Assembly (NCBI GenBank): GCA_963667785.2
Contig: CAXXMU010000001.1
Span: forward strand, 800,001-864,000
DNA length: 64,000 nt
Direction: 5' to 3'
From: Alphaproteobacteria bacterium
Lineage (GTDB): Bacteria; Pseudomonadota; Alphaproteobacteria; UBA828
The notes below the pieces were generated by a model. The model did no database searches, was not told where the DNA came from, and saw nothing but the letters and a program-made list of their open reading frames with translations. Below, piece after piece: positions 19,814 to 29,766 of the stretch; the first letter of the stretch is position 1; each line of letters opens with the position of its first letter. The position numbers and the translations under genes were made by a program.

Positions 19814-20442
19814 GGCGCCCGCAGATTGACCGCCGCCACCCGCCAGGCACCGCCTCGCGCGGGTCCGTCCACGTGGTCGATGCGGGTGATCGAGAGATTG
19901 TCGATGCTGAAGGCGAGCGCGCGCTCCGGATCGAGGCCGAGCGCCAGCGCGAGCGCGGCGCGGATCGAGCCGCCGTGGGCCACCGCGACGATGTCCGCGC
20001 CGGCGTGCTGCGCCGTGCGACGGCCGACGGCGGCAGCCACTCGCTCCATCACCGTGACGAAGCTCTCGCCGTCCGGCGGCGTGATGTGGGCCGGCGCGAC
20101 CCAGAACTTGTGCGCGAGCCGGTGCCCTCGCTCGCTGGCGACCTCGCTCCAGGTGAGCCCGTGCCAGGCGCCGAAATCCTGCTCGTCCAGGTCCGCCTCG
20201 ACGCTCCGCTCCGGCACCGGATGGCCGGCATCGGCAATCGCGTCGGCGGTCTGCTGGGTGCGGAGGAGGTTGCTGGTGAGCCATACGGCGCCCTCCGGCA
20301 GCGCCCGGGCCAGCGCGTCGAAGCGCGCCCGCTCGCTGGTGTTGGCAGGCACGTCGGTGCGGCCGTAGAGCCGGCCTCCGTGGTCGGTGACGGGCGCATG
20401 GCGCACCCACCACCACCGGGTCACGATCGTGTCGTTCGTCAT
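19810..20442 (-). CDS. Histidine phosphatase family protein (probable alpha-ribazole phosphatase, CobC-like)
   Basis: WVRHAP, EQDFGAWHG, PDGES, VAHGGSIR; translationally coupled to cobS. Confidence 0.8.
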   Translation of the reverse strand: MTNDTIVTRWWWVRHAPVTDHGGRLYGRTDVPANTSERARFDALARALPEGAVWLTSNLLRTQQTADAIADAGHPVPERSVEADLDEQDFGAWHGLTWSEVASERGHRLAHKFWVAPAHITPPDGESFVTVMERVAAAVGRRTAQHAGADIVAVAHGGSIRAALALALGLDPERALAFSIDNLSITRIDHVDGPARGGAWRVAAVNLRAP

Positions 20443-21251
20443 CGAACCGCCGCGAGGGTGAGAAGGAACAGGACTTCCGAGATCTGCTGCACGCCGCCGA
20501 GCACGTCGCCGGTGTGGCCGCCGACCTGGCGCTCGGCGAGCCAGGCGAGGCCGGCGGTGCCGAGGCCCGCGATGATGAAGGCGACCAGCCCGCTCCAGGT
20601 GAGCAGGCCCACGGCCAGCACCGCCGCGAGCGCGAGGCCGGTCCACACGTGGCTGTCCGGCGGCCGGCCTGCGTCGGCGGCGAGGCCTTCGCTCCGCGCA
20701 GGCCCGAGCCACAGCATGACCGCCGGCATGGCGGCGCGCGATGCGCCCGCGGCGGCGACCATGGCGGCGATCACCAGGCCGGTTTCCTCCAGGTCGGCGA
20801 TCGCGCCCACCTTGGCCGCCAGCACCACCACCAGCGCGATCACACCGTAGGCGCCGATGCGGCTGTCCCGCATGATGGCGAGCTTGCGCTCCGCCGTGCT
20901 GCCACCGCCGAAGCCGTCGGCCATGTCAGCGAGGCCGTCCTCGTGCAGCGCGCCGGTAACGAGCGCGCCGACGCCGACGGCGAGCACCGCCGCCACGATG
21001 TCTGGCAGGCCGATTCCGGCGGCGATGGCGTAGGCGATCCCGGCTGCGAGCCCGATCAGCGCGCCGACGACGGGGAAGGCGCGGACGGCGCGTCCCAGCG
21101 GAGGGCCGTCGGCCGCCGGGCGCGCCGCCTTCAGCGGCACCCGCGTGAGGAAGAGAAGGGCGGCGCGAAGGTCGCTCCACCAGGCCCGCACCGCACGGTA
21201 CGCCGCCTGCTGGAGGGGAGCCTCGTCGCCGTCGTCGTAGCGCATCACCAC
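20439..21251 (-). CDS. cobS: Adenosylcobinamide-GDP ribazoletransferase (cobalamin synthase)
   Basis: FLTRVP, TGALHEDGLADMADGFGG, IMRDSRIGAYG, GGHTGDVLG. Confidence 0.93.
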   Translation of the reverse strand: MVMRYDDGDEAPLQQAAYRAVRAWWSDLRAALLFLTRVPLKAARPAADGPPLGRAVRAFPVVGALIGLAAGIAYAIAAGIGLPDIVAAVLAVGVGALVTGALHEDGLADMADGFGGGSTAERKLAIMRDSRIGAYGVIALVVVLAAKVGAIADLEETGLVIAAMVAAAGASRAAMPAVMLWLGPARSEGLAADAGRPPDSHVWTGLALAAVLAVGLLTWSGLVAFIIAGLGTAGLAWLAERQVGGHTGDVLGGVQQISEVLFLLTLAAVR

Positions 21252-21367
21252 CCTTGCCCGAGCCGTGCGAGCCCGGCATCCTCCCTCAGCCTTATAGGCT
21301 AGGGCGCTGCCCGCGCCAAGAATGCCGGGCGGTCGCCGTCCCGCGCCAACGCGTGCAAAGATCCGCC

Positions 21368-22396
21368 ATGACAGATGAGGCCCGGCTCGGTTCGTTGAGC
21401 GCCTTTCGCGCGCGCATCGCCGCCATGCCGGGCCCGGACGAGGCGGCGGCGGAACGCGCGCGCGCGCGCGACGCGACCCTCACCAAGCCGGCCGGCGCGC
21501 TCGGCCGGCTCGAGGCGCTGGCGCGCTGGACCGCCGCCTGGCAGGGGCGCCACCCGCCGCGCGCAGAGCGCATCCGGATCGCGGTGTTCGCCGGCAATCA
21601 CGGGGTGGCCGCGCGCGGCGTCTCCGCCTATCCCGCGGCAGTCACCGCGCAGATGGTGGCCAACTTCGAGGCCGGCGGGGCGGCGATCAACCAGCTCTGC
21701 GATGTGCTGGGCGCGCAGTTGACGGTGGTGCCTCTCGATCTGGACCGGCCGACGGCCGACATGACCGAGGCACCGGCGATGGACGAAGCCGGCTGCGTCG
21801 CCGCGTTGGAGGCCGGCATGGCGGCGGTCGACGAGGACGCGGACCTGCTCTGCCTTGGCGAGATGGGAATCGGCAACACCACGGCTGCTGCGGCGCTCGC
21901 CGCGGCACTCTTCGGCGGCGACGGCGCCTCCTGGGTGGGCCCCGGCACCGGCGTCGACCGCGAGGGGCTTGCGCGTAAGGCGGCGACGGTGGACGCGGCG
22001 CTGGAGCGGCATCCCGAGGCGCGCCGCGATCCTCTGGCCGCTCTCGCCTGCCTGGGCGGCCGGGAGCTGGCGGCGATCGCGGGCGCCGTGGTTGCGGCCC
22101 GTCACCGCGGCGTGCCCGTGCTGCTCGACGGCTTCGCCTGCACCGCCGCCGCCGCGGTGGTGGCGTGCCTGCACGATGGCGGCCTCGACCACGCCCATGT
22201 GGCTCACCGCTCGGCGGAACCCGGACACGGGCGGCTGCTCGATGCGTTGTCCCTGATCCCGCTCCTGGACCTCGACATGCGGCTCGGTGAGGCCTCCGGC
22301 GCCGCGCTCGCCGCCGCCCTGGTGCGCATGGCGGTGGCGGCCCACAACGGCATGGCGAGCTTCTCGGTCGCCGGCGTCAGCGGCCCCGTGGACTGA
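21368..22396 (+). CDS. cobT: Nicotinate-nucleotide--dimethylbenzimidazole phosphoribosyltransferase
   Basis: LTKPAGALGRLE, FAGNHGV, GEMGIGNTT, MRLGEASGA. Confidence 0.93.
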   Translation: MTDEARLGSLSAFRARIAAMPGPDEAAAERARARDATLTKPAGALGRLEALARWTAAWQGRHPPRAERIRIAVFAGNHGVAARGVSAYPAAVTAQMVANFEAGGAAINQLCDVLGAQLTVVPLDLDRPTADMTEAPAMDEAGCVAALEAGMAAVDEDADLLCLGEMGIGNTTAAAALAAALFGGDGASWVGPGTGVDREGLARKAATVDAALERHPEARRDPLAALACLGGRELAAIAGAVVAARHRGVPVLLDGFACTAAAAVVACLHDGGLDHAHVAHRSAEPGHGRLLDALSLIPLLDLDMRLGEASGAALAAALVRMAVAAHNGMASFSVAGVSGPVD

Positions 22397-22399
22397 GCG

Positions 22400-22546
22400 C
22401 TGGAGCGCTTCCGTTTCGCACGGAATCGCTCCAGTCCCTCTATCGCTCGCGGCAGCCGGCCTGCGGCCGGCGCCTGCGCGGGCGCGCCGCACAAGCGGCG
22501 AGCCGCGGTCGCGGCCTAACGCGAGTCCGACTAAGTCGGGCTCGCG
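22400..22546. repeat. Cluster of palindromes (REP-like element or bidirectional terminator) between convergent genes
   Basis: CTGGAGCG...CGCTCCAG hairpin at 22400..22434 and CGCGAGTCCGAC-TAA-GTCGGGCTCGCG at 22520..22546. Confidence 0.5.
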
Positions 22547-23389
22547 CTACTCCCCGATCTGGTGCAGTAGGCCGCGGATGCGGGCGCTGCGCAGGAAGCC
22601 GAGAAAGGTCGCGATGCCTGCCGCCATCCAAGCGATGTTGAGCAGGGTCGCGCGCATCATGTGGTCGCCGCTGAAGGTGCCGTCCACCAGGAGCGCGCGC
22701 ATGCCCTCGAAGACGTGAGCGGACGGCAGCACGGCGGCCACCGGCTCCAGCCAGTCGGGCAGGATCGAGAGCGGGTAGTAGACGCAGCTGAACGGCGCCA
22801 GCGCGAAGATCAGGAACCAGGCGAGGCTTTCCGCGCCGAGACCGAAGCGCAGCACAAGGCCGCACACGAAGAAGCCCACGGCCCAGCCCATCACGATCAG
22901 GTTGACGAAGAAGCCGATCAGCGCGAAGCCGAGATCGAAGATCGAAAAGGCGTAGAGCAGGAAGGCGAATCCGACCGCGCCCGTCATCCCGATCAGGGTG
23001 CGGATCAGGCTGATGAGCATGAGCGCGCAGATCAGCTCCCAGGGCCGCAGCGGGCTGGCGAAGAGGTGCCCCAGGTTGCGCGCCCACATCTCCTCCATGA
23101 ACACCAGCGAAAGCCCGATCTGGCCGCGGAACATGACGTCCCACAGAATGACTCCGGCGAGTAGGACTCCGGCGGCCTGTGCCACCCACGAGCTGTGGGC
23201 GACGAGGAACTGGGTGACGAGGCCCCAGATAATCATCTGCACCGTGGGCCAGTACATGAGCTCGAGAATGCGCGGCCAGGAGCGCCGCAGCAGGTATGTG
23301 TGGCGCAGCACCAGCGCGCCGATGCGCCGCGCCGATGCACGCCAGGGTGGGGTCCTAGCCCGCATTTCCCGCCACTGCCGACGCCACAC
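22547..23389 (-). CDS. ABC-2 type transporter permease
   Basis: Hydrophobic; RSWPRILELMYWP, EEMWARNL, CVYYPLSILPDWL; start uncertain. Confidence 0.85.
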   Translation of the reverse strand: MWRRQWREMRARTPPWRASARRIGALVLRHTYLLRRSWPRILELMYWPTVQMIIWGLVTQFLVAHSSWVAQAAGVLLAGVILWDVMFRGQIGLSLVFMEEMWARNLGHLFASPLRPWELICALMLISLIRTLIGMTGAVGFAFLLYAFSIFDLGFALIGFFVNLIVMGWAVGFFVCGLVLRFGLGAESLAWFLIFALAPFSCVYYPLSILPDWLEPVAAVLPSAHVFEGMRALLVDGTFSGDHMMRATLLNIAWMAAGIATFLGFLRSARIRGLLHQIGE

Positions 23390-23456
23390 GCGGTAGCCGG
23401 TGCTCAGATGGCATGTAGGCCACTGTTCTGTCGTTGTAATTTGCCGGCCGCTCTCG

Positions 23457-24044
23457 TCAGCGCAGCGGGATGTCGCTGCCCTCCTTCGACGCCTGGTACA
23501 CGGACGAGAGCTCGTCGTAGAGGGCCCCGAGGCGGCGCACCCGCTCCTTCAGATCCTCGCTCCCGCTGCCAATGAGATCCTCGATGGAGCGGCTGCGCCA
23601 GAACGCGTTCTCGCGAGCGTAGTCTCCGTTCTCGATGCCGAAGACCTCGCTCAGGATCCTCAGGTCGTGAGGGATGTTGAAGGCGTCGCGGGTGTCCGCG
23701 TAGCCGAAGAGGTAGTGGAAGTTGTCGAACCCGGCCCAGGTGATCGCCGACAGGCATAGAGAGCAGGGCTCGTGGGTCGACAGGAACAGGCACTCCTCAG
23801 GGGCAGGGCGCGCTGGTCCGGGCAGCGCGAAGTACGCGTTCAGGGTCGCCACCTCCCCGTGGTACAGCGGATTCACGGTCTCCCGGTTGGTCCCGGCGAT
23901 GACGAGCGCGAGGTCCGACTTGCGGAGGATCGCGCCGCCGAACACCTTGTCGCCGCGCGCCACGCCCGCCCGCGTCAGCGGAACGACGTCGTGCTCGATC
24001 ACGTCCAGGAAGCGGTTAGCCAGCATGTGATCCGAATGAGTCAC
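23457..24044 (-). CDS. Nucleoside/nucleobase deaminase (cytidine/guanine deaminase zinc family)
   Basis: HGE and EPCSLC zinc motifs, FGGAIL. Confidence 0.85.
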   Translation of the reverse strand: MTHSDHMLANRFLDVIEHDVVPLTRAGVARGDKVFGGAILRKSDLALVIAGTNRETVNPLYHGEVATLNAYFALPGPARPAPEECLFLSTHEPCSLCLSAITWAGFDNFHYLFGYADTRDAFNIPHDLRILSEVFGIENGDYARENAFWRSRSIEDLIGSGSEDLKERVRRLGALYDELSSVYQASKEGSDIPLR

Positions 24045-24112
24045 GGTCTTGGTCCGGCAGGTGGGCGATATCGATCGCGTCAGGTTCGTTCGTCAACCGG
24101 GCGTGGCGCGGC

Positions 24113-25033
24113 TCAGGTCTCGCCCGATTGCGGGCCGGTCTCGATCGGGAGGTCGGGGTCGTGCGCCCACTCGCCCATCGAGCCATCGTAGAGGGTGAGG
24201 TCGCGGTAGCCGAGCTGGTGGAGGAGAAAGAGGCCGACGGTGGCGGAGATGCCGCCGCCGCAGTAGGCGACGATGTGGCGGTCCGGGGTGATCCCGGCGT
24301 CCTCGTGGAGCCGCCGCGCCTCGTCCAGCGACACGAAGGCTCCGTTCGACGGATCAAGGAGGCTTGCGGCAGGCACGTTGACGCTCCCCGGAATCCGTCC
24401 CGGGCGTCCGTAACGGCTCGGGCCCGCGCCGAGATGAAACTCGGGCGCGAGCGCGTTCACCATCGCGGTGTCGGCATCGCCGAGCCGGGCACGCACGTAC
24501 GCGCTGTCCACGAACCGCCCCGGCCGGAGCGTCGCGGTGAAGCGCGCCGGCGGGTACTGCCCCGGTACGGCGGATACGGGACGCCCCTCCGCCGTCCACT
24601 TCTCCCAGCCGCCGTCGAGCACCGACGCACGATCGAATCCGAACGCGCGCAGCATCCACCACACCCGGGTGGCCCACATGATGTTGCCGGCCGAATAGAG
24701 CACGACGCGTGCCTCGTCGCCGATGCCGAGCCCGCCCATTGCGTTCGCGAATCGCCCGGCGTCAGGCGCCATGAAGCGGAGCCGCGTGTCCGGATCGGAT
24801 ATCTGGCCCTGGATGTCGAGGAAGACGGCGCCGGGTATATGCGCCGCCTCGTACTCGGCCCGGCCCGGCACGACGCGGTAGGGGGCATCGTCGCCCGGCT
24901 CGGCCGGCTTGAGCCACGTCGTGCAGTCCACGATGCGAAGGCCGGGCGCATCGAGACACGCCTCCAGCGCGTCGGTCTCGATGAGCGCGTGCGGCTCGCG
25001 CCACTCCGGGAGGTCGGCTCGGCCCTCGGTCAT
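24113..25033 (-). CDS. Two-domain sulfurtransferase (rhodanese, SseA-like)
   Basis: HIPGAVF, VLDGGWEKW, GRIPGS, YCGGGISA, LYDGSMGEW. Confidence 0.88.
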   Translation of the reverse strand: MTEGRADLPEWREPHALIETDALEACLDAPGLRIVDCTTWLKPAEPGDDAPYRVVPGRAEYEAAHIPGAVFLDIQGQISDPDTRLRFMAPDAGRFANAMGGLGIGDEARVVLYSAGNIMWATRVWWMLRAFGFDRASVLDGGWEKWTAEGRPVSAVPGQYPPARFTATLRPGRFVDSAYVRARLGDADTAMVNALAPEFHLGAGPSRYGRPGRIPGSVNVPAASLLDPSNGAFVSLDEARRLHEDAGITPDRHIVAYCGGGISATVGLFLLHQLGYRDLTLYDGSMGEWAHDPDLPIETGPQSGET

Positions 25034-25129
25034 CGACGGTCTCCCTCCTGATGCCGCTATGTGCGAAAGGCGGCCGCTCATAGGGACATGGGGTCAACAG
25101 GTTAGCACACCGGTGGCCGTCGTCGTCGG

Positions 25130-25870
25130 TCACTGCGCCGCCTGGTCGAGGCCGGTCGTGCCGCGCACGATCTCGAGGAAGACCTCCTCCAGCGTGGCGC
25201 GGCCATGCCGCTCGATCAGGCCTGCCGGCGTGCCGCTCTCGACGATGCGGCCGCCCGACATGACGAACACATCATCGCAGAGCCGCTCGACCTCGGCCAT
25301 GTTGTGGGAGGCGAGCAGGATCGTGGCACCGGTCTCGGCGCGGTAGCTCTCGATGACGCCGCGCGCCCAGTCGGCGGTGTCGGGGTCGAGCGAGGCCGAG
25401 GGCTCGTCGAGCAGCAGCAGCTCGGGCTCGTTGAGAAGCGCCTTGGCGAGCGCCACTCTGGTGCGCTGCCCGGCGGAGAGCTTGCCGGTCGGCCTCTTCA
25501 GGAAGGCGCCGATCTCGAGGGTCTCCGCCAGCGCCTCGATTCGGCGGGCGACGTCCTTGATGCCGTAGAGCTTCGCGTAGACGGCCAGGTTCTCCCGCAC
25601 CGTGAGTCGGTGGGGCAGGTCCGTGTAGGGCGAGGAGAAGTTCATGCGCGGCAGCAGGGCATAGCGCTCCGTCGCCAGGTCGCGGCCGAAGATGCGTACG
25701 CGGCCTGCGCTCGGCTGCACGAGGCTCAGGATCATCGCCATGGTGGTGGTCTTGCCGGCGCCGTTGGCGCCGAGCAGCGCCGCCGTCGCGCCGCGCGCCA
25801 CTGCAAAGCTCACCGAATCGACGGCACACACCGTGCCGAAGCGCTTGGTGAGGCCGTCGACCTCCAGCAC
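25130..25870 (-). CDS. ABC transporter ATP-binding protein (probable partner of the ABC-2 permease at 22547)
   Basis: GANGAGKTT, LSAGQ, LLDEP, ASHNM. Confidence 0.9.
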   Translation of the reverse strand: MLEVDGLTKRFGTVCAVDSVSFAVARGATAALLGANGAGKTTTMAMILSLVQPSAGRVRIFGRDLATERYALLPRMNFSSPYTDLPHRLTVRENLAVYAKLYGIKDVARRIEALAETLEIGAFLKRPTGKLSAGQRTRVALAKALLNEPELLLLDEPSASLDPDTADWARGVIESYRAETGATILLASHNMAEVERLCDDVFVMSGGRIVESGTPAGLIERHGRATLEEVFLEIVRGTTGLDQAAQ

Positions 25871-25931
25871 CGGCCCGTCGGCCGGAGCCGGCGGGGCTTT
25901 GGTTCGACCCGCGCCGGTGCGCGGCGCGTGC

Positions 25932-28184
25932 TCAGAAGGGGGTCGGATCGGCGAAGCGGCGCAGGACGTTCTCGGTCATGCGCGAGACGTTGTTGTCGTG
26001 GTCGTTGTGGGCGAGGCTGCCGCACCAGGCGATCGAGCTGGTGGAGAACACCGCGCCGCCATTCGCCGTCTCGTAGAACACGATGTCGGCGCGCACCAGC
26101 GGGTCCTGCGTGCCGTCGCAATTCGGCCGGTTCACGTCGAGCTCCTCGCAGACCACGAGATAGAGGTCGGTGTGGCCTTCGGAGGTCGCGAGCACGTAGG
26201 TGTTGGGCGGCGTGCCGAGTAGCGGGTCGGCCCGGTCGAGCTCCAGCCCCGCGGCGCCGCCGCCGATCAGCCCGAAGTCGCCGATCCTCTCGTCCTTGCC
26301 GATGCCCTCGAAGATCCAGGCGACCTCCCGCTTGAAGCTGTCCGGCTGGCGCACATAGTAGGACGAGATGTCGAAGCCCTGGGCGCTGAACCCGGTGCCG
26401 GCGATGACCTGCGGCGGCCTGCCGTTGCGCCGCCAAAGCCCGCCATACTCGCCGGTGAAGCTGTGGTAGTACTCGCCGGGCCGCGCGATCCAGGTGCGGA
26501 TGCCGTCCTCGGCGCGGCGCACCTCGATGCAGCCCGGCACCTCGGTATGGTAGGCGATGCGCCAGTACCAGCCGTTGGCGCCCATGTACATGAGCCGCCC
26601 GCCGCGCTGCTGATAGGCGTACATCGCGTCCCACATCGCCTTCGAGTGATACTCGGGATGCGAGCCGGTGAGGACGACCGTGTAGTCCTGGATCGCCGCC
26701 AGGCCCTCGTAGTGCAGGTCCTCGTCGGTGACGACGTCGTACTCGAAGCCCTTCGCCTCCAGCCATTCGGTGAGGTGCGTGTCGGCGTTGAACTGCCAGA
26801 GGGTGGATTCGGTGCCGCCGATCCACTCCAGCGCCTTCGGCCGGAAATTCAGGATCGGCCGGAGCCGCGAGGAGTAGCAGATTCCGCTGCCGTCAATGTG
26901 GCTGTCGTAGAGCGAGGTGCCGTATTCCCGGTGCTCGCTGCGCTGGAGGTTCTTCTCGTTCAGCACGGTGAGCCGGCCGGTGAGGATCTGCGCCGGGCCC
27001 ATGTTGGTGGACATGTTGGTGTTGGCGTAGGCCATGTAGCTCGCGGTGGGGAGCAGGAAACAGATCTTCGCGGTGGGCGCGCCGCGCGGGGCACGCACGG
27101 CGAAGGGAATGTAATCCTCGCCGCCGCCCTCGCCGCGCAGCCGTGCGGCGTAGACGCCGCTCTTCAGTCGCTTGGGGCAGGTAAGGGAGAAATCCACCTC
27201 CCAGCGCGCGTCGTAGACGTCGTCCTCGTGGAAGTGGATCGCGCCATACTGGGAGGGCGCGTTCCGCCAGTTCATCTCGCTGCCGTCCCAGCACCAGCCG
27301 GTGACGGCGCGCGTCGGCAGGTTGACGAGGCTGCCGTGCAGCCCGTTGGCGGAGAGATCGCTCACCGCCGTCGTGGTGATTCCTTCGGAAAAGTCCCAGG
27401 CGCCGACGATGGCGGTGGCGAGCGCGCCGTCCACCGGGCGGGTCTTGGCGAGCTCCATCTCCGCCGGCGTCAGCACGCGATTGGCGATGCGCGGGCTGTC
27501 GATGCGTCCGTTGTAGAAGCCGCCGCAGACGGTGCGTCCCTTGTCGACGCGCCGGAAGTAGGCGCCCATGGTGAGCGGGGCGTCGTGCGTGCCCGGCGCC
27601 TTCAGGGCGGACTTCTTCTTGACGGTGCCGCCGTGGCGGACCTTGGGGTATTCGTTGAGCGGCTGCTGCACCAGGGTGACCTGCTTCGACGAGGCGTCGT
27701 AGCTGGCGGCGACGAAGTACCACTGGTGCGGGAGCAGTGGCCGCTTGGTGGCGATCACCTCGATCTTGCCCTTGCCGTCGCCGAGGCAGAGCGCGAGCGA
27801 GCCGTCCTGCTTGGTGATGATCATGGCCGCGCCGGCCTTGTCGCGATCGCGCCAATTGGAGATCAGCGCCTGGGTGCCACGATCGGGCGTCGTCGGCCAG
27901 ATGAACGCCTGGAAGGTGAAGCTCTCCAGGCCCTGGATCGCGGGATGGGCGGGAACTTCCAGGAAGGAGCCGTCGTAGCAGACCTGCCGGCGCCCCTTGT
28001 AAGTGCCGTTGGCGCCGGTCCTGACCACCTTTTCCTTGAGGCCCGGCCCGTCCGGGTTCTCGTCGCCGCAGACGAGGCGGACGATGTCGCAGCGGTAGGA
28101 GGGCGCTTCGCTGCTCACCATGAAGTTGATGGTCTCTCCCGGCGTCACGCTGACGCGGTCGGCATAACCCGCGATTCTGGTCAT
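25932..28184 (-). CDS. N,N-dimethylformamidase large (beta) subunit family protein
   Basis: GYADRVSV, LamG-like insert, AIHFHEDD, SYMAYAN, SLYDSH, HPEY, YMGANG, GLELD, NVLRRF. Confidence 0.88.
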   Translation of the reverse strand: MTRIAGYADRVSVTPGETINFMVSSEAPSYRCDIVRLVCGDENPDGPGLKEKVVRTGANGTYKGRRQVCYDGSFLEVPAHPAIQGLESFTFQAFIWPTTPDRGTQALISNWRDRDKAGAAMIITKQDGSLALCLGDGKGKIEVIATKRPLLPHQWYFVAASYDASSKQVTLVQQPLNEYPKVRHGGTVKKKSALKAPGTHDAPLTMGAYFRRVDKGRTVCGGFYNGRIDSPRIANRVLTPAEMELAKTRPVDGALATAIVGAWDFSEGITTTAVSDLSANGLHGSLVNLPTRAVTGWCWDGSEMNWRNAPSQYGAIHFHEDDVYDARWEVDFSLTCPKRLKSGVYAARLRGEGGGEDYIPFAVRAPRGAPTAKICFLLPTASYMAYANTNMSTNMGPAQILTGRLTVLNEKNLQRSEHREYGTSLYDSHIDGSGICYSSRLRPILNFRPKALEWIGGTESTLWQFNADTHLTEWLEAKGFEYDVVTDEDLHYEGLAAIQDYTVVLTGSHPEYHSKAMWDAMYAYQQRGGRLMYMGANGWYWRIAYHTEVPGCIEVRRAEDGIRTWIARPGEYYHSFTGEYGGLWRRNGRPPQVIAGTGFSAQGFDISSYYVRQPDSFKREVAWIFEGIGKDERIGDFGLIGGGAAGLELDRADPLLGTPPNTYVLATSEGHTDLYLVVCEELDVNRPNCDGTQDPLVRADIVFYETANGGAVFSTSSIAWCGSLAHNDHDNNVSRMTENVLRRFADPTPF

Positions 28185-28259
28185 CTGTGGCTCCCTCGGG
28201 GCCTGGCGGCGATTTGACGGTGGTGCAGAGTGCCGCGCGCGCGGCGATGGCGGTGGCGG

Positions 28260-28562
28260 CTACTTCGGCAGCGCCTTGCCCGTGTGCTGCTTCCAGCGCA
28301 GGCGGAAGACGTAGCGCTCGGCGTCCTCGATATTGTCGAAGGTCTTGGCGAGCAGCTTGACCGGCTTGCCGCGCACGCCGGAGAGCTGGGCGAGGCGCCA
28401 CTCGCGGCCCGGCTTGGTGCAGACCAGGCAGTGCTTGTCCTTCACGTCGGCGCCCCGGAACGTGTTGAGCACGCGTTGCAGGTCGGGGCTGTGGTGGCCA
28501 ATCGGCTTGGCCATGAACTCGTCGACGACGTAAAGGTCCTTTTCCGTGACTTGGTATGCCAT
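28260..28562 (-). CDS. N,N-dimethylformamidase small (alpha) subunit-like protein
   Basis: 100 aa directly upstream of the large subunit; EFMAKPIGHHSPDLQRVLNTFR...F...EDAERYVFRLR recalls the DMFase small subunit. Confidence 0.75.
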   Translation of the reverse strand: MAYQVTEKDLYVVDEFMAKPIGHHSPDLQRVLNTFRGADVKDKHCLVCTKPGREWRLAQLSGVRGKPVKLLAKTFDNIEDAERYVFRLRWKQHTGKALPK

Positions 28563-28699
28563 CGGCTGCTCCCTGTGGCGCGCTGCCTGCGCGTGCTCTC
28601 GGCGGCACGGATTAGAGCGCGATGCGCAGGCCGAGACAACTCCCCCGTTGACGCGCGCCGGAGCTCTGCGCCGTGTCGGTCCGGGGCCGGCCGCCCCGG

Positions 28700-29731
28700 T
28701 CACCCGTTCGCCGCGACGGTCCGGTCGATCCGCTCCAGATGCGCCGTCCTGGCAGGCTCGTCGAGGAACGAGCCTTCGATCGAATTCCGGGCCAGCGTGA
28801 CTAGGTCCGCCCGCTCCAGTTCGAGCGCCTCGGCCACCGCGACGAAATTGTCCAGCAGATAGCCCCCGAAGTAGGCCGGGTCGTCCGAGTTGACGGTGGC
28901 CTTGAGGCCTGCGTCAAGCATGCGCTTCAGCGGGTGCCGCTCCAGATTGGGCACGACGCCGAGCCGGAGGTTGGAGAGCGGACACACGGTGAGGGTCATG
29001 CCCCTCTCGGCCAGGCGGCGGACCAGCGCCGGATCGTCGAGCGCGCGATTGCCGTGATCGATTCGATCCACGGCCAGCCGGTCCATCGCCTCGGCGACAT
29101 AGGATGCCGGGCCCTCCTCGCCGGCGTGGGCGACGAGCCTGAGGCCGGCTTCGCGCGCCGCGGCGTAGAGGCGCTCGAACTTCGCGGGCGGATGGCCGAT
29201 CTCGGTCGAATCGAGGCCGAGTCCGGCGATTCGCCGGTCGGCGATGTAGGGCTCGGCCTGGCGAAAGGCGGCGAAACCGTCGTCCTCGCTCAGGTCCCGC
29301 CAGACGTTCATGATGAGCAGCGACGTGATGCCCAGCCTCTCGCGGCCGTCGGCGAGCGCGGCCAGGATGCCGTCCGCCGCGGTGGCGAAGGGGATGCCCC
29401 GAGTGGTGTGGCCCTGGGGATCGAAGAACACCTCGACATGGACCGCTCCGTCGGCGGCCACGCGCTCCAGGTAGGCGGCGGTGAGCTCGAAATAGTCCTC
29501 CTCGGCGCGCAGCACGGTCATGCCCTGGTGATAGAGGTCGAGGAAATCCTGCAGCCGGGTGAAGCGGCAGGCGGCCCGAATTTCGTCCGCCGAGCGGAAC
29601 GGGATCCCGACCTTGTTCCTGACGGCCAGCCGCATCATCAAGTCCGGGTCGATCGCGCCCTCAAGATGCAGGTGAAGTTCGGCCTTGGGCAGCGCCCGGA
29701 TATGCGATCTCAGATCCATTTCCGTCTCCAT
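28700..29731 (-). CDS. Adenine/adenosine deaminase family protein
   Basis: LPKAELHLHLEG, HAGEEG, RIDHG, TVCPLSN, NSDDPAYFGG. Confidence 0.88.
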   Translation of the reverse strand: METEMDLRSHIRALPKAELHLHLEGAIDPDLMMRLAVRNKVGIPFRSADEIRAACRFTRLQDFLDLYHQGMTVLRAEEDYFELTAAYLERVAADGAVHVEVFFDPQGHTTRGIPFATAADGILAALADGRERLGITSLLIMNVWRDLSEDDGFAAFRQAEPYIADRRIAGLGLDSTEIGHPPAKFERLYAAAREAGLRLVAHAGEEGPASYVAEAMDRLAVDRIDHGNRALDDPALVRRLAERGMTLTVCPLSNLRLGVVPNLERHPLKRMLDAGLKATVNSDDPAYFGGYLLDNFVAVAEALELERADLVTLARNSIEGSFLDEPARTAHLERIDRTVAANG

Positions 29732-29766
29732 CCGATCCCGACGGCCTGGCGTGAGCGAATAAGGTG

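Noticed and set aside
21252-21367. Cobalamin riboswitch between cobS and cobT
   Set aside because: The interval is too short and has no B12-box-like sequence.
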